NCBI GenBank assembly: GCA_043228905.1
Contig: JBHGNT010000012.1
Location: 1,364,001-1,428,000, forward strand
Length of the DNA stretch: 64,000 bases
From: Azolla caroliniana
Taxonomy: Eukaryota; Plantae; Polypodiophyta
Direction of reading: 5' to 3'
Positions 20,195 to 34,216 of the stretch are shown piece after piece. The stretch's first letter is position 1. The number at the start of each line of letters is the position of its first letter. The position numbers and the translations under genes were made by a program. Below the pieces are notes generated by a model. The model did not search any database and had not been told where the DNA came from. It was given only the letters and a program-made list of their open reading frames with translations.

Positions 20195-21700
20195 TGTTAA
20201 CTAAGGGTTAATTAGCATCTAATTATATGAGAAGTTAATTATGTATGTGATTAAGCTACGGAAGATTATGTGATATGTGTGTGAGAGAGAAAGAGACAGA
20301 GGAAGTTACACTTATGAACAATGAGATAAATGGGGGATGATTAACAAGAGTGTAGCTAAAGACCGTTCTCTATATTAATAAGCATTAAAGAACAAAGATA
20401 CCCACAATGAGGTATACATACATCTCATGTGCACCCTTGCACATATGTGAGGAGAATATAGGTACAAGGATGTAAGTCCTATATTTAATGAACTTGGTAG
20501 TGGAGGATCTAAAATGCATCCCCACTAAGTACAAAATCCTATTTAAGGCTTTAAGGTCAACACTTCTAACTAGATTCTAATTATTTAACTACTAAGTTAC
20601 GTGGTTGACTAAATAACTAAACCTAGTTGAGCTTAATATCTCAACATGTCCCCTCAAGCTCAAGTGTGAGGCGTCTAACATCCAGTTTTGCTTTCGCCGT
20701 TGTCCGGCTTTCAATGTCAGCTTCTGTTCGGCTTTCGGCGTCGGCATTTTCGTGGCAGTTTCGGTTCCTCCCCCTCAAGCCTGTGACGAAGGCTTGTAGT
20801 GTTAAATGGTCGAAGGCCAAGTGCTTGCATCTCTACATCCATGGATGCTAACCATTGGGGGTCACGAGTAGCTTCCGTAAAGCTTTCGAACTCTTGTTCA
20901 ACCGTGATCTTCATCGCAAAGGCATAATGATGGGCCAAGTGCTTGCATCTCTACATTCATGGATGCTAACCATCAAGGGTCATGAGCAGCTTTCGTAAAG
21001 CTTTTGGGCTCTTGTTCGGCCATGATCTTCATCGCAAAGGCATAATGATGGTCCAAGTGCTTGCATCTCTACATCCATTGACGTTAACCATAGGGGGTCA
21101 CAAGCAGCTTCCATAAAGCTTTCGGGCCCTTTTTCAGTCGTGACCTTCATTCCAAAGGCATAATGATGGGCCATATACTCGTTGTAGCCAAACCAAATGA
21201 CTGGGTTCTTCTCTAGAGATGAGCGTTGGAGTTTTTTGTTTGCCAATGTGAGCACCTTTTGCACTCCGGGTGTCCACATAATGGGTAATCCAAACTCACT
21301 ATCTAGTGAGCGAGCCGATAAATCCAAATCACTTTCATTGGGGTGGTCGGCTTCATATTCAGGCATCTTACCTTTGCCTTTGTCCAATTTCGGACTTGGC
21401 CGCGAACGTACTTTGGTCGGGTGAAGGCTCATGCGGTCCACTGAGCTCCGTAGAGCTTGGATTGTCCTTTGGTTGAGGACATGGCCGAATATCGTCATCC
21501 GAGTTGACATTCAACTCTTCCTCGGTTCGGTCGGATGAAGCATCTCTTCTTCTCTCCAACGACTTGGGTTCACACAATCTGCAAGACAAATTGCTCCTTC
21601 GTACGCGGCTCAGCATGCGTTAATCCATGGGCCAATAGCTACGGATCGATCCTACACACGCGAGATTCCGACATAATCGAATCTGGGAGACACAAAGCAC
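20195..21700 (-). mobile_element. Truncated, internally deleted Copia remnant related to the 14521 element; LTR 20195-20646
   Basis: TGTTAAC...TCTCAACA LTR followed by a PPT. The interior encodes PSPKLDKGKGKMPEY..SLDSEFG..NPVIWFGYNEYMAHHYAF, matching the IN-RT linker of the neighbouring element; RT and RNase H are deleted. Confidence 0.8.
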
Positions 21701-21873
21701 ACGCAGTAGGAGAAGTTTCTAGCAATTTTTCAAAACTAACTAAACTATACACCCATGAATGCCCTTCAGATTTGTAGTAGTTTTTAGAAATATCAGTTTA
21801 TGCCCTTGCTCCACATACACATACACATACACAGAGAGAATGAGATACTGAGAGAGAGAGAGAGAAAGAGAAC

Positions 21874-24634
21874 ATGACAGAGGTTCCATGGCGACTTCTT
21901 CTGACCACATCTCTGCAAGCCAACTCTCACCTCAAACACTCTTCCTATTTTCAATTGGTAGGAATCTTTCTCCTCTTTCTCTTTGGTTTTCTTAATCTTC
22001 TTCTTCTTCTTCTTCTTCTTCTTCTTCTGCTGCTGCTGCTGGTTTTCCCGAGTAGCTAAAATTTGTCGGTTCATTCTCAAAGGCCACTGTCAGAAGCGAT
22101 GGAAGACCTTCTAATCGAACTGTTGTCTTCAGGTGAGCAAAAAGTATTTCGCTTCTTCTTATTTTCGGCCCTTCTTTTATTTGTTTGTTTTTGCATTATT
22201 CTCTTCCATTCCATTTGTTTAGATCTGTCTTTGTTTCTTTTTTTCGTCTTTCTTAGATTTTATGTTGTTTAGGGTTTAGGGGTTTAGCAATCCTTGCGTT
22301 CTTCTGTCTTTCCCAATTCTGTTCTATTGGGGGATTTAGTTCTTCTGCTTTTTGACATTTTTGTGTTGTTTCTTTGTAGGGGTTTTGCTGAAGGATCGGA
22401 TGCTATACAATTCACCACTGATTCTCGAAGCAACAAAGTATGCACACAAATGCTCCTAAGCTTTTGCTATTTCCCCATATAACCTTGTTTGACCCCCCAA
22501 TAGAGAGATTAAAGAGGTGATTTGATGTTACCATTGAGACAAAACGGATGCATTGACCATATAATTGTTCAAACTGCTCCTCAAGAGGGGGGGTGTTCTC
22601 CAAGGGCATTTTGGGGAAATAACGGAACCTCAGGGATAGTTTGGGAATAAAGAGAAACTCAGAGTATATGTGTGTGTACATGCAGATAATACATTTATCT
22701 ATCTATGTTCAATTTATTCCATAACCTGCTTATTCACCATGTATGCCGAGAAATGCAGATAGAAGAAATTCGGGGAAATTCTCAAGGCGAGGTACAAGCT
22801 CATCACTTTCATATGGTTATTTACTATAGTTTGCATGAGTTTTTTACAAGGTGTACATGGATTCTTGTACTCAAATACTATCTTTTTATGGGCGCTTATA
22901 CCTATTTAGTTTTTTGCATGACTTGAATCGTCATCGGTTTGGGTTTTGTGGTTGGTTTTCACTGTTTTACCTTCGTATTTCATCAATTATGATGGATACT
23001 ATCTACTCTATTTTCCAAACAACTGCATTATTTAAGTACCTATTATACCTCATATATTGTGTTTAAAAACTATATACCTTTTTGTTTCATTCTTATACTA
23101 AGGATTTTGGCGATAGATTTGTTGGTATTTCACAGATACATGGGAACAATTTCGAATTCAAGGAACGTTAGATATCATAAGTGGATCTGATGTGGATGAT
23201 AGAAAAAGATTGCAAGTAAGTGAAAACTTTGGATTTCAGAAAGTTTTTTTCACAAGTTGCGTAGAGGCTACAGAAATTGTTCAGTTTATATGTTGAAATT
23301 TCAGTGATTCGGTAGTAAATGATAATGATAGAAAAAGATTGCAAGTGAAAACTTTGGTTTCCAGAAAGTTTTTTTTACGAGTTGTGTAGAGGACGCTACA
23401 TGAATATGGTTTCAATGCTTAATTTATATGTTGAAATTTCAATGATTCAATAGTGAAATAGGAAATATATATGTTATTTTCGCAATATTTAATCAATTTT
23501 CATGTGCCTAATGGTTCTCAAATAAGAATAAAAGAGCATATTACGCATTGGATTGTCTTCTATGCATTTGTTTTGTTACAATAAAACTTTGGTTTCCAGA
23601 AAGTTTTTTTTACGAGTTGTGTAGAGGACAACGCTACATGAATATGGTTTCAATGCTTAATTTATATGTTGAAATTTCAATGATTCAATAGTGAAATAGG
23701 AAATATATATGTTATTTTCGCAATATTTAATCAATTTTCATGTGCCTAATGGTTCTCAAATAAGAATAAAAGTTACACATTGGATTGTCTTCTATGCATT
23801 TGTTTTGTTACAATAAAACTGAAACTCTTAAAACTATTTTAATATTGCAATCTAACGTAAGCTAGCCAAGAAAGATTTAGGGAAAAAACTTGGAAATAAC
23901 CACCTGAAATTTTCTTTATTACACATACTTTAGTTATTTCCCCAAGTGTCTTTGGTTGACCCACACAAAGAGCAATTATATGTGAAATGATGGATTCATC
24001 ATTCATCTTAAAGTCAATTATATAAGCTATTTGAGCATTTTTATAGTCAATAAATCCCGGAGACATTGAGGAAATAATGGAGAAACCTGGTACTTGGGTA
24101 AATAACAGAAAACCCATGGGTTTTGTAGTTTTTACCTTTAGGATGTACATGTATGCATATGATTTCATTGGCTCTAGATATTTTTTGGTTCGGTGGATTC
24201 ATCTAATACTTTTGATGACCTATGGCTTGATGGTTTATGCATTTTTTAATAACTCTTATTTATTGGAGCATATAGTTGAGGGAGAAAGCATGGTTTGAGA
24301 TGTCACCGCGGTCAAGGCTACAATTTCTTGGACCAACACCAAGGCTTCCATTATTATGCAACAATAGCTCATCAACAAATAACATGTTGGAACCGATCCA
24401 AGGCCCAGTAGATGCCTTTTGTTTGGTGACACTTGATGCCAAAGAGGTATTCATGATCGAAACATTCTTCTAAATATAGGTCAAGTTTTTAAGAATTTAA
24501 TTTTATTGTTGTACTAAAAAAACTTTGTTGTTGTTTTAACTATAAAGGTGGACTATTTGCACCTGAAGAAAAATGAACGACTAATTTTCACACGAAATGA
24601 TGGACATTGGAGTGAGATGTTTGTTAACCCATAG
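21874..24634 (+). CDS. PPOX2: Pyridoxine/pyridoxamine 5'-phosphate oxidase 2-like, 193 aa; exons 21874-21957, 22083-22132, 22380-22437, 22759-22791, 23117-23215, 24276-24446, 24548-24634
   Basis: Spliced protein MTEVPWRLLL..ANSHLKHSSYFQLATVRSDGRPSNRTVVFRGF..ICWYFTDTWEQFRIQG..REKAWF..GPVDAFCLV..VDYLHLKKNERL..VNP matches the plant PPOX2 family as I recall it. All introns are GT-AG and in phase. Confidence 0.92.
23197..23820 (+). repeat. Tandem duplications at PPOX2 exon 5/intron 5 (~125 bp and ~237 bp units)
   Basis: atgatagaaaaagattgcaagt repeats at ~23196 and ~23325; aaaactttggtttccagaaag...ttgttacaataaaact repeats at 23348-23583 and 23583-23820. Confidence 0.85.
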
Positions 24635-24733
24635 GTGGGGAATTTGAGACATTCTATTCTTGTTTACACTCATACATTGTTAACTTCATTTAAGTTTGGG
24701 CATTCATCAAGGTCAAAGTTCAAGCTCTTGTGT

Positions 24734-24786
<53 letters not shown>

Positions 24787-26000
24787 GTAAAATGATGGTA
24801 GTGTGAACCATCTACCCTCACCGATAGCCTTTTCTTACATATAAGGGCAAAATGTACAATTTGTACAAAGTTTTAAGCATCTTGGTATGGTTGTACCTGC
24901 CACACCTAACCTAGGTATTGAAGTTGCATTATGGCATCAAAATCAGTCGAATATAAGGTATGCAAGGAATGGCTAGTAGAGGACGAGTATCACTTACTTT
25001 TACATGCTTTGTATATAGTGCAATTCATGAAAGTTATGATCATATATTAAGAGGTGTTGACTTGAGTGTCATATTAAAGAGAACACTTAGAAGGTTGAGC
25101 TCAAACAAGTATGCTTTATTCACGCATCAAGACTTGGTGCTTCGATGGATGAATATCCCTTCTTAGGAAGGAGACACATCAAGAAAACTTCTATACTTAG
25201 GTCCCATGGGTCAATATTGGCCTCTCTATGGCGCTAAAAATATCTCTCTCTTTGTAAAACACATTGTTATATTAATAACACCACCACAATTGAGTGGTGT
25301 CACCATTACAAGGATAGTGGGACATGTTGAATTGCCAATACTCAAGATAAACACTCAACTAAGAAAAGATTTTATACGTGCTTTAGTAAGGAAATTTGTA
25401 ACATTAGTACTCCTTCCACCTTTGATAGATGTGCTTTGACTCCATGCCTATCATCAAATTAAAAAGCATTGTGCATATCCTACTTATGAAAACGATCACA
25501 AATATCTTAGAAATAGGAATTTTATCTCCAACTTTGATTTTAGGTCGATGTGAATTATGCAAGCACCTCTTATCTTGGTGTAAAATAACCTTAAGTCTCT
25601 TTGAGCTCCCCAATTCTCCATTGGGACGATTACATTATGACATAATGTTGCTTTTTTTTGGAGCAATTATTACCATATAAATGTCCCACACACCATCAAT
25701 TATGAGGAAGTCATGTTCATGTCCTCTATCCTTGAAGTTATATTGAACCAAGATAAAAAACCGTTTTTCCATGAATAAGAGGGAAAACAAGAACTCACAT
25801 GGTTGAAGAGGACGAAGATGACAGAAGGCTCCCAATGCATGTTAAGTAGGTGTATGTCAATGTGTTGTACCTCATTACAAAACTCTAATTGAGGACCTTC
25901 CAACACGTGTCTCTATTTAGAATTTCATTATTGAAAGAGAGCACAACAACAAAATATAAGCTCTCTTTATTTGTACTAATGGCACAAGCCACCAATTTCA

Positions 26001-29000
26001 TGTTGGTCGGATAGGATGGCGGAAGGTGTGAAAAGAGACATGAAGCCGAACACAAAAGGCCAAACAAAGGCAGCCGAATGTGGCGTCACTATAACACCAA
26101 ATATTTAATGTTGAAACGATTGTAACTAACATGCTCCCTTGAAATAGGAAAGCATGGAATCTTATATAAGGATTGTGTGAATGAGAGAAAGGGGGAGATT
26201 GAGATTGAGAACTATACAAGAGAGGTGAACACTTTAATACCGACAATGGGTCGGTATTTGTATAAGAGTTGTATCATTAATATATTAGTCTTCTTGTGGG
26301 GGAACCCCGTGTGGTCTATCTATGTCATACGGTGTGTTAAGTTTGTGTTACTGCATAGATGTGTGCTCTTAATCAGTTGTAGCCGATTTAACAAAATACC
26401 CCATCCCCACTCTTGTATCCCTTATGAGTTTAGAAGGAACGATCGGAGGTTTCCACGTGTCTTATGGAATAGACAAGTCGGGTATCCGTAGAGGAAGATA
26501 TCTAGGATCCCTTGGGGTAAGGTTACTCCCCCCGAACTCCCATATCCGGCTAAGTACACCGTGGACGGGATGACCCAAAGTCCTTTCCCTCCTTCCTACC
26601 ACAATTACCTTGATCCAGTTACTCAAAAGTAGTAATTGAGAGTGTGTTCCTCCACAAGGGGAGATAACACAATTTGGCACACTTGGCTCGAGCTAAGATT
26701 ACACATCGAACAAGCGAAGGAGGAAGACCCAGTTGTACTAATGGCGCGCCACAAGGGACTACGCACTCGGACAGAGTCCCGATGTGCAGAACAGGATGAG
26801 AGTCGAACCGAATCCACACTCACTAAGCAACCTCTCCTAGAATCGGAATCCCAATTCATCATTAGGTTTTAGAACCTATGATGACAGTTGGCACGACATC
26901 TTCCGACAAACGAACTCAAAGATACCTTTCTCGCAGCTCTCCGGGAGCCATCTGAATGACCTTACCGGTGCTCGATTTTTCACCAAACTCAATCGAACAT
27001 GTAATCGATTGTGTCTTAACGATGGATAACACCCAAAATAGCAACAACCTCTCGATCGCATCACTACAACACACCTTGCCAAAAGACAAAGAAATCTGGT
27101 TCCGTCCGGCTGTGGAGTGCACAACATTCGGATGGTGGCACTCGCAAGAAACGAAGACTAGCCGAGCGCGTCGATTCAATTTTGTCGCGACTAGTGAAGG
27201 GCCCACGATCCTCGACGCAAAAAATCCAGCTGTGAATCTTATCATTAAGGGACAGGAAATACTCGGATGCATAATCGATGGCAGTTTCGGAGAGTCAATG
27301 TAATCAGTAAAGCCACTTGCGACCGACCGGCTCGGAATCGACCAATGGGAAGCCGACCCATTTTCGTTGCGAATGGCAAATACACATTCCGTAAAACACC
27401 TTGGGTTAATTTGGAACCTTGAAATCATAATAGGAGGGCATACATTTTCAATTTTAGCAGTGGTCCTATGCTTGGACGCCCAAAGTGCTTACTCGATTCT
27501 GTTCAGACGACCGTGGCTAAGGACAGCCAATGTTAAGCAGAACTGGCAACGAAATATCATAACCTTCAGAAGAGGTAAGACAAAGATTCGCATCCTGACG
27601 ACCTTCAGAAGAGGTAAAACAAAGATTCGTGTGCCGATGACCAAAGAGCAAACGGCATCCACCAAGGAAACAACACCGCTTTACGCCGAGGGAGTGCATA
27701 TGCTTGATGGGTTGACCAATGACGAAGTCAACCAATACCTAGAAATAAACCCGAAGATCATACCGCTTTTTGAAATTGATGTCATCGAAGCAGTCAGCCT
27801 GTACGTGTCCGAAAGGGACATCGAGATGGAGGAGACCTTAAGGGAACCGAACCGTAAATCCGTGGACAAATTACGACATGCTCGAGAAGCGCTCCAACGG
27901 GAGATGGCTATCTCCCAATGAGTGAAAGCATCAACCATGGAAGAAGATGATTTAGGAACAATCGACGACCCTCAATCGATTAACATCGCTAAAGAGTTGG
28001 CGTCGGTCAATAAATCGACAATGGTAGATTTGTTAAAAGAATACAAAGACATATTCACATGGTCATACAGTGACAGGTATGGCCTAGATCCCAGGTTCTA
28101 TTAGCATCAGATACATCTCCATACAAACGTGAAACCAGTACAGCAGAGGTAATACCGAATGAACCCAAACTATGCAGCCAAGGTGAAGGAAGAAATCGAC
28201 AAGCTGCTACGAGTCAGTTTCATTTGACTGGTGAAGCAAGCCACATGTCTCAGTCCCATTGTGGTTGTGCCGGAGAAGAATAGCAAAATCTGAGTCTATG
28301 TTGATTATAGGAAACTCAACGACGCAACAATCATAGACACATTTCCGTTGCCCTTCATCGACAACATACTAGATGCAATAGTGGGACACGAAATCTATAG
28401 CTTCCTGGATGTTTTCAATGGCTACAATCAAATCCGGATGTACCAGGATGACCATAAAAAAACAGCCTTCATCACGGAATAGGGCGTTTTCATGGCAGTC
28501 GTCATGATGTTCAGCTTGAAAATGGCACCGACAACATTCCAGTGGATCATCATGGAAATATTCGGCGATTACATCCCAACATTTAGGCATGTCTTTTTAG
28601 ATGATTTCGTTGTATACAACCGACAACTCGAACATCTAGAGCACCTCTGCATTGCTTAGATAGATGTCTGGGAGCTCGACTAAGCTTGAATCCTGCGAAA
28701 TGTGCATTCAACGTCGCCAGTAGAGCACTACTAGGACACATCCTCAGCCGAGAAGGAATCGCAATCGATATTGACAAGGTCAAAGCATTAATCAAGGCTC
28801 CGACACCAAAGAACACAAAAGCCTTGAGTCGATTTCTAGGAAAAATTCGGTGGCACAACCGAATGTTACGATACTTGGCCGATTTCACGACACCATTGCA
28901 TGGGACGGTACATTGAACGTCGTTTTGCTAGAGGATTTCATGACACCTGCCGAGGATGAGGCATACCAGGCCTTGAAAATTATGTGGTCCCAGGTACCCA

Positions 29001-31027
29001 TCATCCAACCACAAGATTGGATGAAACCATTCCATGTTTTTGTCGACGCCTATGATACGACAATCAACCGTGCGTTGATGCAGTTAACAACACCAAACTG
29101 GAATTGGACGGAATATTATGCCAGCCAACGACTCTCAACAGTTGAGAAGAATTATTCGACCATAGAAAGAGAGGCCTTCGGCATGATCTACAGCATCGCA
29201 AAATTTCAGGATTACCTACTCAGCCGAAAATTCACTTTCCACGTGGATCACTCGGAGTTGTTGTACCTCGTCACGAAACAATTATTAACTAGTTGACTTG
29301 CTCGATGGATGCTACTACTACAGGAATTTGACTTTGATATCCATCACATGCCAGGAGTACAACATGCAGTAGCTGACTATTTGAGTTGATACCTCGAATC
29401 TGGGGAGCCAGTCGTCGGCATACAAGACGATTTCCCATATGGGGAAATATTTCGAATCGACACAACTGATTCTGGTGATCGGAACTAGGATGTCGAGGAT
29501 AAATGGATGGACAACGTGATATGCTTCCTCACCTCATGCCTACCACCTGTCGACATGACTCTTGATGAGAAGAAGCGATTGGCAATCCGTAGCAGGCAAT
29601 TCTGCATATTCCACGACATGTTGTATCACAAGAGCGTAGACAGCATCTAGCGACAAGCAATTTGGCAAATCGAAAAAGACGCGATCCTACGAGAAGCACA
29701 TTACGGCATAGCATGCAGGAATTATGCAAGAGAGGCAATCGCCCGCAAAGTATGGCAAAGTGGCCTATGGTGGCCAACAACGGAAAGGGATGCAGTAAAG
29801 TTCTGTTGACAATGCGACTTATGCCAACGAATGGGACCGACGACAGAATGAGCAAGAATGCCTCACTAGCCAATATTGCCCCTCGAGCCCTTTCAGAAGT
29901 AGGGACTCAATTTTGTGGGACCATTCAAACCAACCACGTGTCAAGGACAGAAGAATTGGAGCTACAAGAATACTACAAGGATGCGATCGACAAGCCTAAA
30001 GGTGCTGCAAAAACACAATTGACAAGCTAAGGAGCAAGTATCATTAACTGGTGTTGTTCACCGTGAATTCATTCCAGGTGAACTCAAATATTTATACTAA
30101 GCGGCATGCATGCCTGTTGCATGCATGTGATACACTAGAGCATGTATGTACACATGCATGTGCCAAGTGTCAATAATACAATGGAGCAATTATGCTCCTG
30201 ATGCTAGCTTAAAGCTACAAGGAACAATTATGCATATGACTATATATTGGACATGTTGGTTAACACATAACACTTGATTATAACACAAGAGGTCACGAGT
30301 TCGGATCTTGACATGACTGTTGTCATGTTTGTGACACCACAGGTCGAACTGGAAATCATTACAGCATTGTTGCCCCCAATTATGGGGCACACAATCGCAT
30401 TTACGACAAAATTCATCTATGAAAATATTTGGTGTAGATACTTTATCAATAAATTGGTTCACGAATCACTATGTTGTGGTTCATAAGAAGAGTATGTCAT
30501 ACTACGCTCAAGCTAATGGTTTAGCCTAATCAACCAACAAAACACAGCAGAACATCCTGAAAAAAATCGTGAACGACAATCGAACGGATTGGGATCAGAA
30601 ACTGCAAACTGCTCTCTTTGCATATCGCACAACATATAAGACGAGCATACAATCAACTTCGTTTCAGCTGGCGTTCAGATTGGAGGCAGTCACGCTAGTT
30701 GAATTTCAAGTGCCAAGTCCGCGGGTGCAAACAATTGTGCGATTACATGAAACCAAATCCGAACGGACATGGTGAGAGCACCTACTCGAGCTTGGTAAAG
30801 CATGAATCACGAGCCTGAGCAAGCTAAAACAAGACCAACGAGCCTGAGCAAGCTAGAACAAGGCCAACGGAGACACAAAGCCTTTGTCAATAGACAACAA
30901 AAAGGAAATGAACAATCATTCGGAATCGACAAAGCAATGGTGGTTTTCCAAACACGGCTCGGACTAATGCAGGGAAGCTACGATTCCGCTGGACAGGACC
31001 CTATTAAATCGTGGATGAGTTTAACGG
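26001..31027 (+). mobile_element. Decayed Ty3/Gypsy retrotransposon (probable 5' LTR ~26001-26669; 3' end lost)
   Basis: Protease-like IIDGSFG (~27272), RT remnants (YSFLDVFNGYNQI, FLDDF), RNase H FHVFVDAY..NYSTIEREAFGMIY, and integrase remnants to ~31000, in PR-RT-RH-IN order with many stops. Confidence 0.85.
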
Positions 31028-33155
31028 TGTCGCGGGAATCCGTGCATGCGTGTCGACTTGGGCGGGACCATGGGGGTCTTGCTTGGACTAGGGAGTAAAA
31101 GAGGGGGGATGGGAGCTTAACCCTTATGAGCTTCGAAGTACAAAAGGGGAAGAAGAATGTGCTAAGGTTAACAAGATAAAGAGCTAGACCAAGACAAGGT
31201 TCAGCAAGCTAATTCCATTATAGGGCACGAAAGCCACAATATGATTTACAACCGCGGCCATTTAGGCCGGACTCAAGCACGACTCGAAGAAAACCTAACC
31301 GGATAGGAAGAAGAAGAAGAACTAAACCCTAATCAAGAGAAAGGAAAAATGATAGAGAGGGGAACCTAGAACCAAAAGCCTAAAACAAAATGGGGATAAG
31401 AATAACTAAAACCCTAATGATCTACCTCAAAACGACAAAATGGCGACCCCCTTAATGGTGCCTCCTCACCCCCTTTTATAGTGGAAAAAGATGAGGCTTA
31501 TTACAAAAGGAGAGGCCAAATATCCTCTCTTTTTGAAGAAGAATATTTTCTTGATTTTAGGAGGAGAGATTGATGGGCCTTAACTCCCTCTCCTCTCATT
31601 GTCTTACACACACCACCATGCCCTCTACTTATTACACCATTACTCCCATGCACAACATAAGTTTTACCATGGGTTGCTTGCATCTCATGCTAGAATGAAT
31701 GTGGTAAGTCTAGAGATTGATGGAACTTTGAATACAAACCCACAAGTGATTATTGATAATTCTGTCAAACATTTCACAAATCTTTTTCAGCAAGACTGTA
31801 TTCTAAATGATGACATAACACAAGCGTGTTTGTGTTATTTAACTCAGTCAAGGTTAGAGGTGGGTGACATGTCATGATTGCATTGGAGGAGGTGGAATAT
31901 GTATTGTCACATCTTACAGTTGATAAAAGTCTAGGTTGGGATGACATTACGAATGAGTTTTTTAAATCCTTTGTACCAGAACTCAAAGCCCCTCTAACAA
32001 TGATATTCTAAGAAATGTGGAGGTCGGGTAAAAAGCCTGATTCATGGAAAGTTGGTCTTGTTAAACTTATACCAAAAGTTGCATTTCCTATGTCTTTTGC
32101 TCAATGGAGACCGATATCATTAATGGTTGCGATGTATAAGATTTTTGCCAAAGTAATTGTAAATAGAATTCAAAAGGTATTGTCGTTTGTGGTCCATCCA
32201 ATGCACTATGGGTTTATTGAGGGAAGGGACATCTTGCATAATATTTTGAATGTGCAAATGGCAGTGGATTATGCAAAGGAATCCAAACAAAAAATTGTAA
32301 TGATACAACGAGAAGGCATATGATCATGTAAGTTGGTCTTTTATTACTCAACTTATGTCTCATATGGGTTTTGGGGAAAGGATGTCCAGAATATCGTCAT
32401 TGGCGGGATTAGGTGCAATGTCACACATTATGTTAAATGGTGGAGTTACGAAGGTGATACCATTGAAAATATCATTTAGGCAAGGATGCCCATTAAGTTC
32501 ATTATTACTTGCAATTGCTACACACCCGATTTTGGTGAAGATGCATGAGTTGGCAACATGTGGGGAAATAGTTGGATTAGCTCTACCATTAGGGAAACAA
32601 TTGATCGCTCAAGCATTGGCTGATTATTCATTTTTATTTCTCAAAGCGGCGCCTAATAATATAGCTAAAGCCATGGAGGTGTGGAATGTGTTCGCATTGG
32701 CGTCAAGATTACATATAAATATGTGGAAGTCGATGCTCATTAGATGCACTAAGAGTGATTTGGTTGATCTTGGATGGGGTAGCCAAATATTAGATCAAGG
32801 GAATGTGTGTCGACACTTAGGTTACCCTGTTGGGTTTGATATCTCATCATCACAAAGTTTGATTTGGATATCGAGAACCATTTTGGACAAATTTATGTAT
32901 TGGAAGTCTCAAGTATGGTCGTTTAGTACTCGTCTCAAAGTGGTACAAGTTATAATGATTCCAATGATTTCTCATTTTTCACCATTGTTACCATGGACAA
33001 AGAAATTGCGTGATCATTTAGCTCGTTCACTTAAATATACATTATGGAAGAAAGACACAAACCTTGGTATGAGTTGGGTATCATGGAACAATATTTGTAC
33101 CCAAAAACGGTTGGGGGTGCTGCTTTACTAAATTTAAAAGATCATATGGTGGCTC

Positions 33156-33748
33156 TGTTACCGATTAGGAACACGGTCTACGGTCAGTCCTTCAACCTAG
33201 ACCTCAAAGTGACTGCGTTGCAATGAATGGTACCGACGTACCGTAATACGTAATGGGATACCTCCCCGTATCCTAGTAGCATATAAGGGAGACAGCTACA
33301 ACCGAACTCCTTAGACAATGCACTAGTAACAGCACTCGCACTCATGCCACCAAGAATCACAGAAACACAGTAGATTAACCACAGATATGCACAGGAATCA
33401 GAGAAGATAGTACTCTATTAAGATAACGCTCTATGCACCCAAATTTACACGCTACCTCTTACAAAAGATTTCTGCCCTTTATATACACAGGGTCTTTTAG
33501 TCGTTCCCGCTTCCCACGTGAATTAACCACAGATATGCACAGGAATCAAAGAATATAGTACTCTATTAAGATAACGCTCTATGCACCCAAATTTACACGC
33601 TACCTCTTACAAAGGATTTCTGCCCTTTATATACACAGGGTCTTTTAGTTGTTCTCGCTTCCCACGTGAACCGTTACATGTGTTACGTTTTTACTATATT
33701 CTATATTTCTGCGCTCTTGTCCGTCGGTTACTATTCCGGCGGACAACA
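33156..33748 (-). mobile_element. Solo LTR with an internal ~148-bp tandem duplication, inserted in the LINE
   Basis: TGTTAC...ACAACA; flanks ggctc/tgctc; removing it restores the LINE frame DHMVARRFNLLKG. The strand is inferred only from a minus-strand TATA-like motif. Confidence 0.8.
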
Positions 33749-34216
33749 TGCTCGAAGATTCAATCTTTTGAAAGGTATGTGCATAGGTACCCAACCTTGG
33801 GCAGAAAAAATTACTTATTTTGTGGAAAAGGTTGGTATATACCATGGGAAAACGAGAATTACAGTTTCGTGGTGGCATGTTGTTAATAGTATCCGGCCAT
33901 TTAAATGTTCAGAATCTATTATGGTTCAACAATTGGTGCTTTCTTGGCAACGATGTTTGAATTTGTTTAATTGGAGGCATCCTGAGTGCAAAAAAGATAT
34001 AAATTCATTGGCCCCAGAGCTATTGGCAGCTTCAAGGATATTACACTAGGATGGAAAAGAAAGTCTAAATTCACAGTTCAATCGAATGGCACAATTAGGA
34101 TTGGTAACTGTGGAAGATGGTATCTTAGAGTCACGTAGGAAAATGATGGCCTTTCAGACAATCAGAAATAAGTTTCATATACCACGTGGATATGGGTATA
34201 TTTGGCAATCAATATT

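Noticed and set aside
31028-31660. Possible further LTR between the Gypsy remnant and the LINE
   Set aside because: It starts with TGTCG and has LTR-like composition, but I could not define the other end or a TSD.
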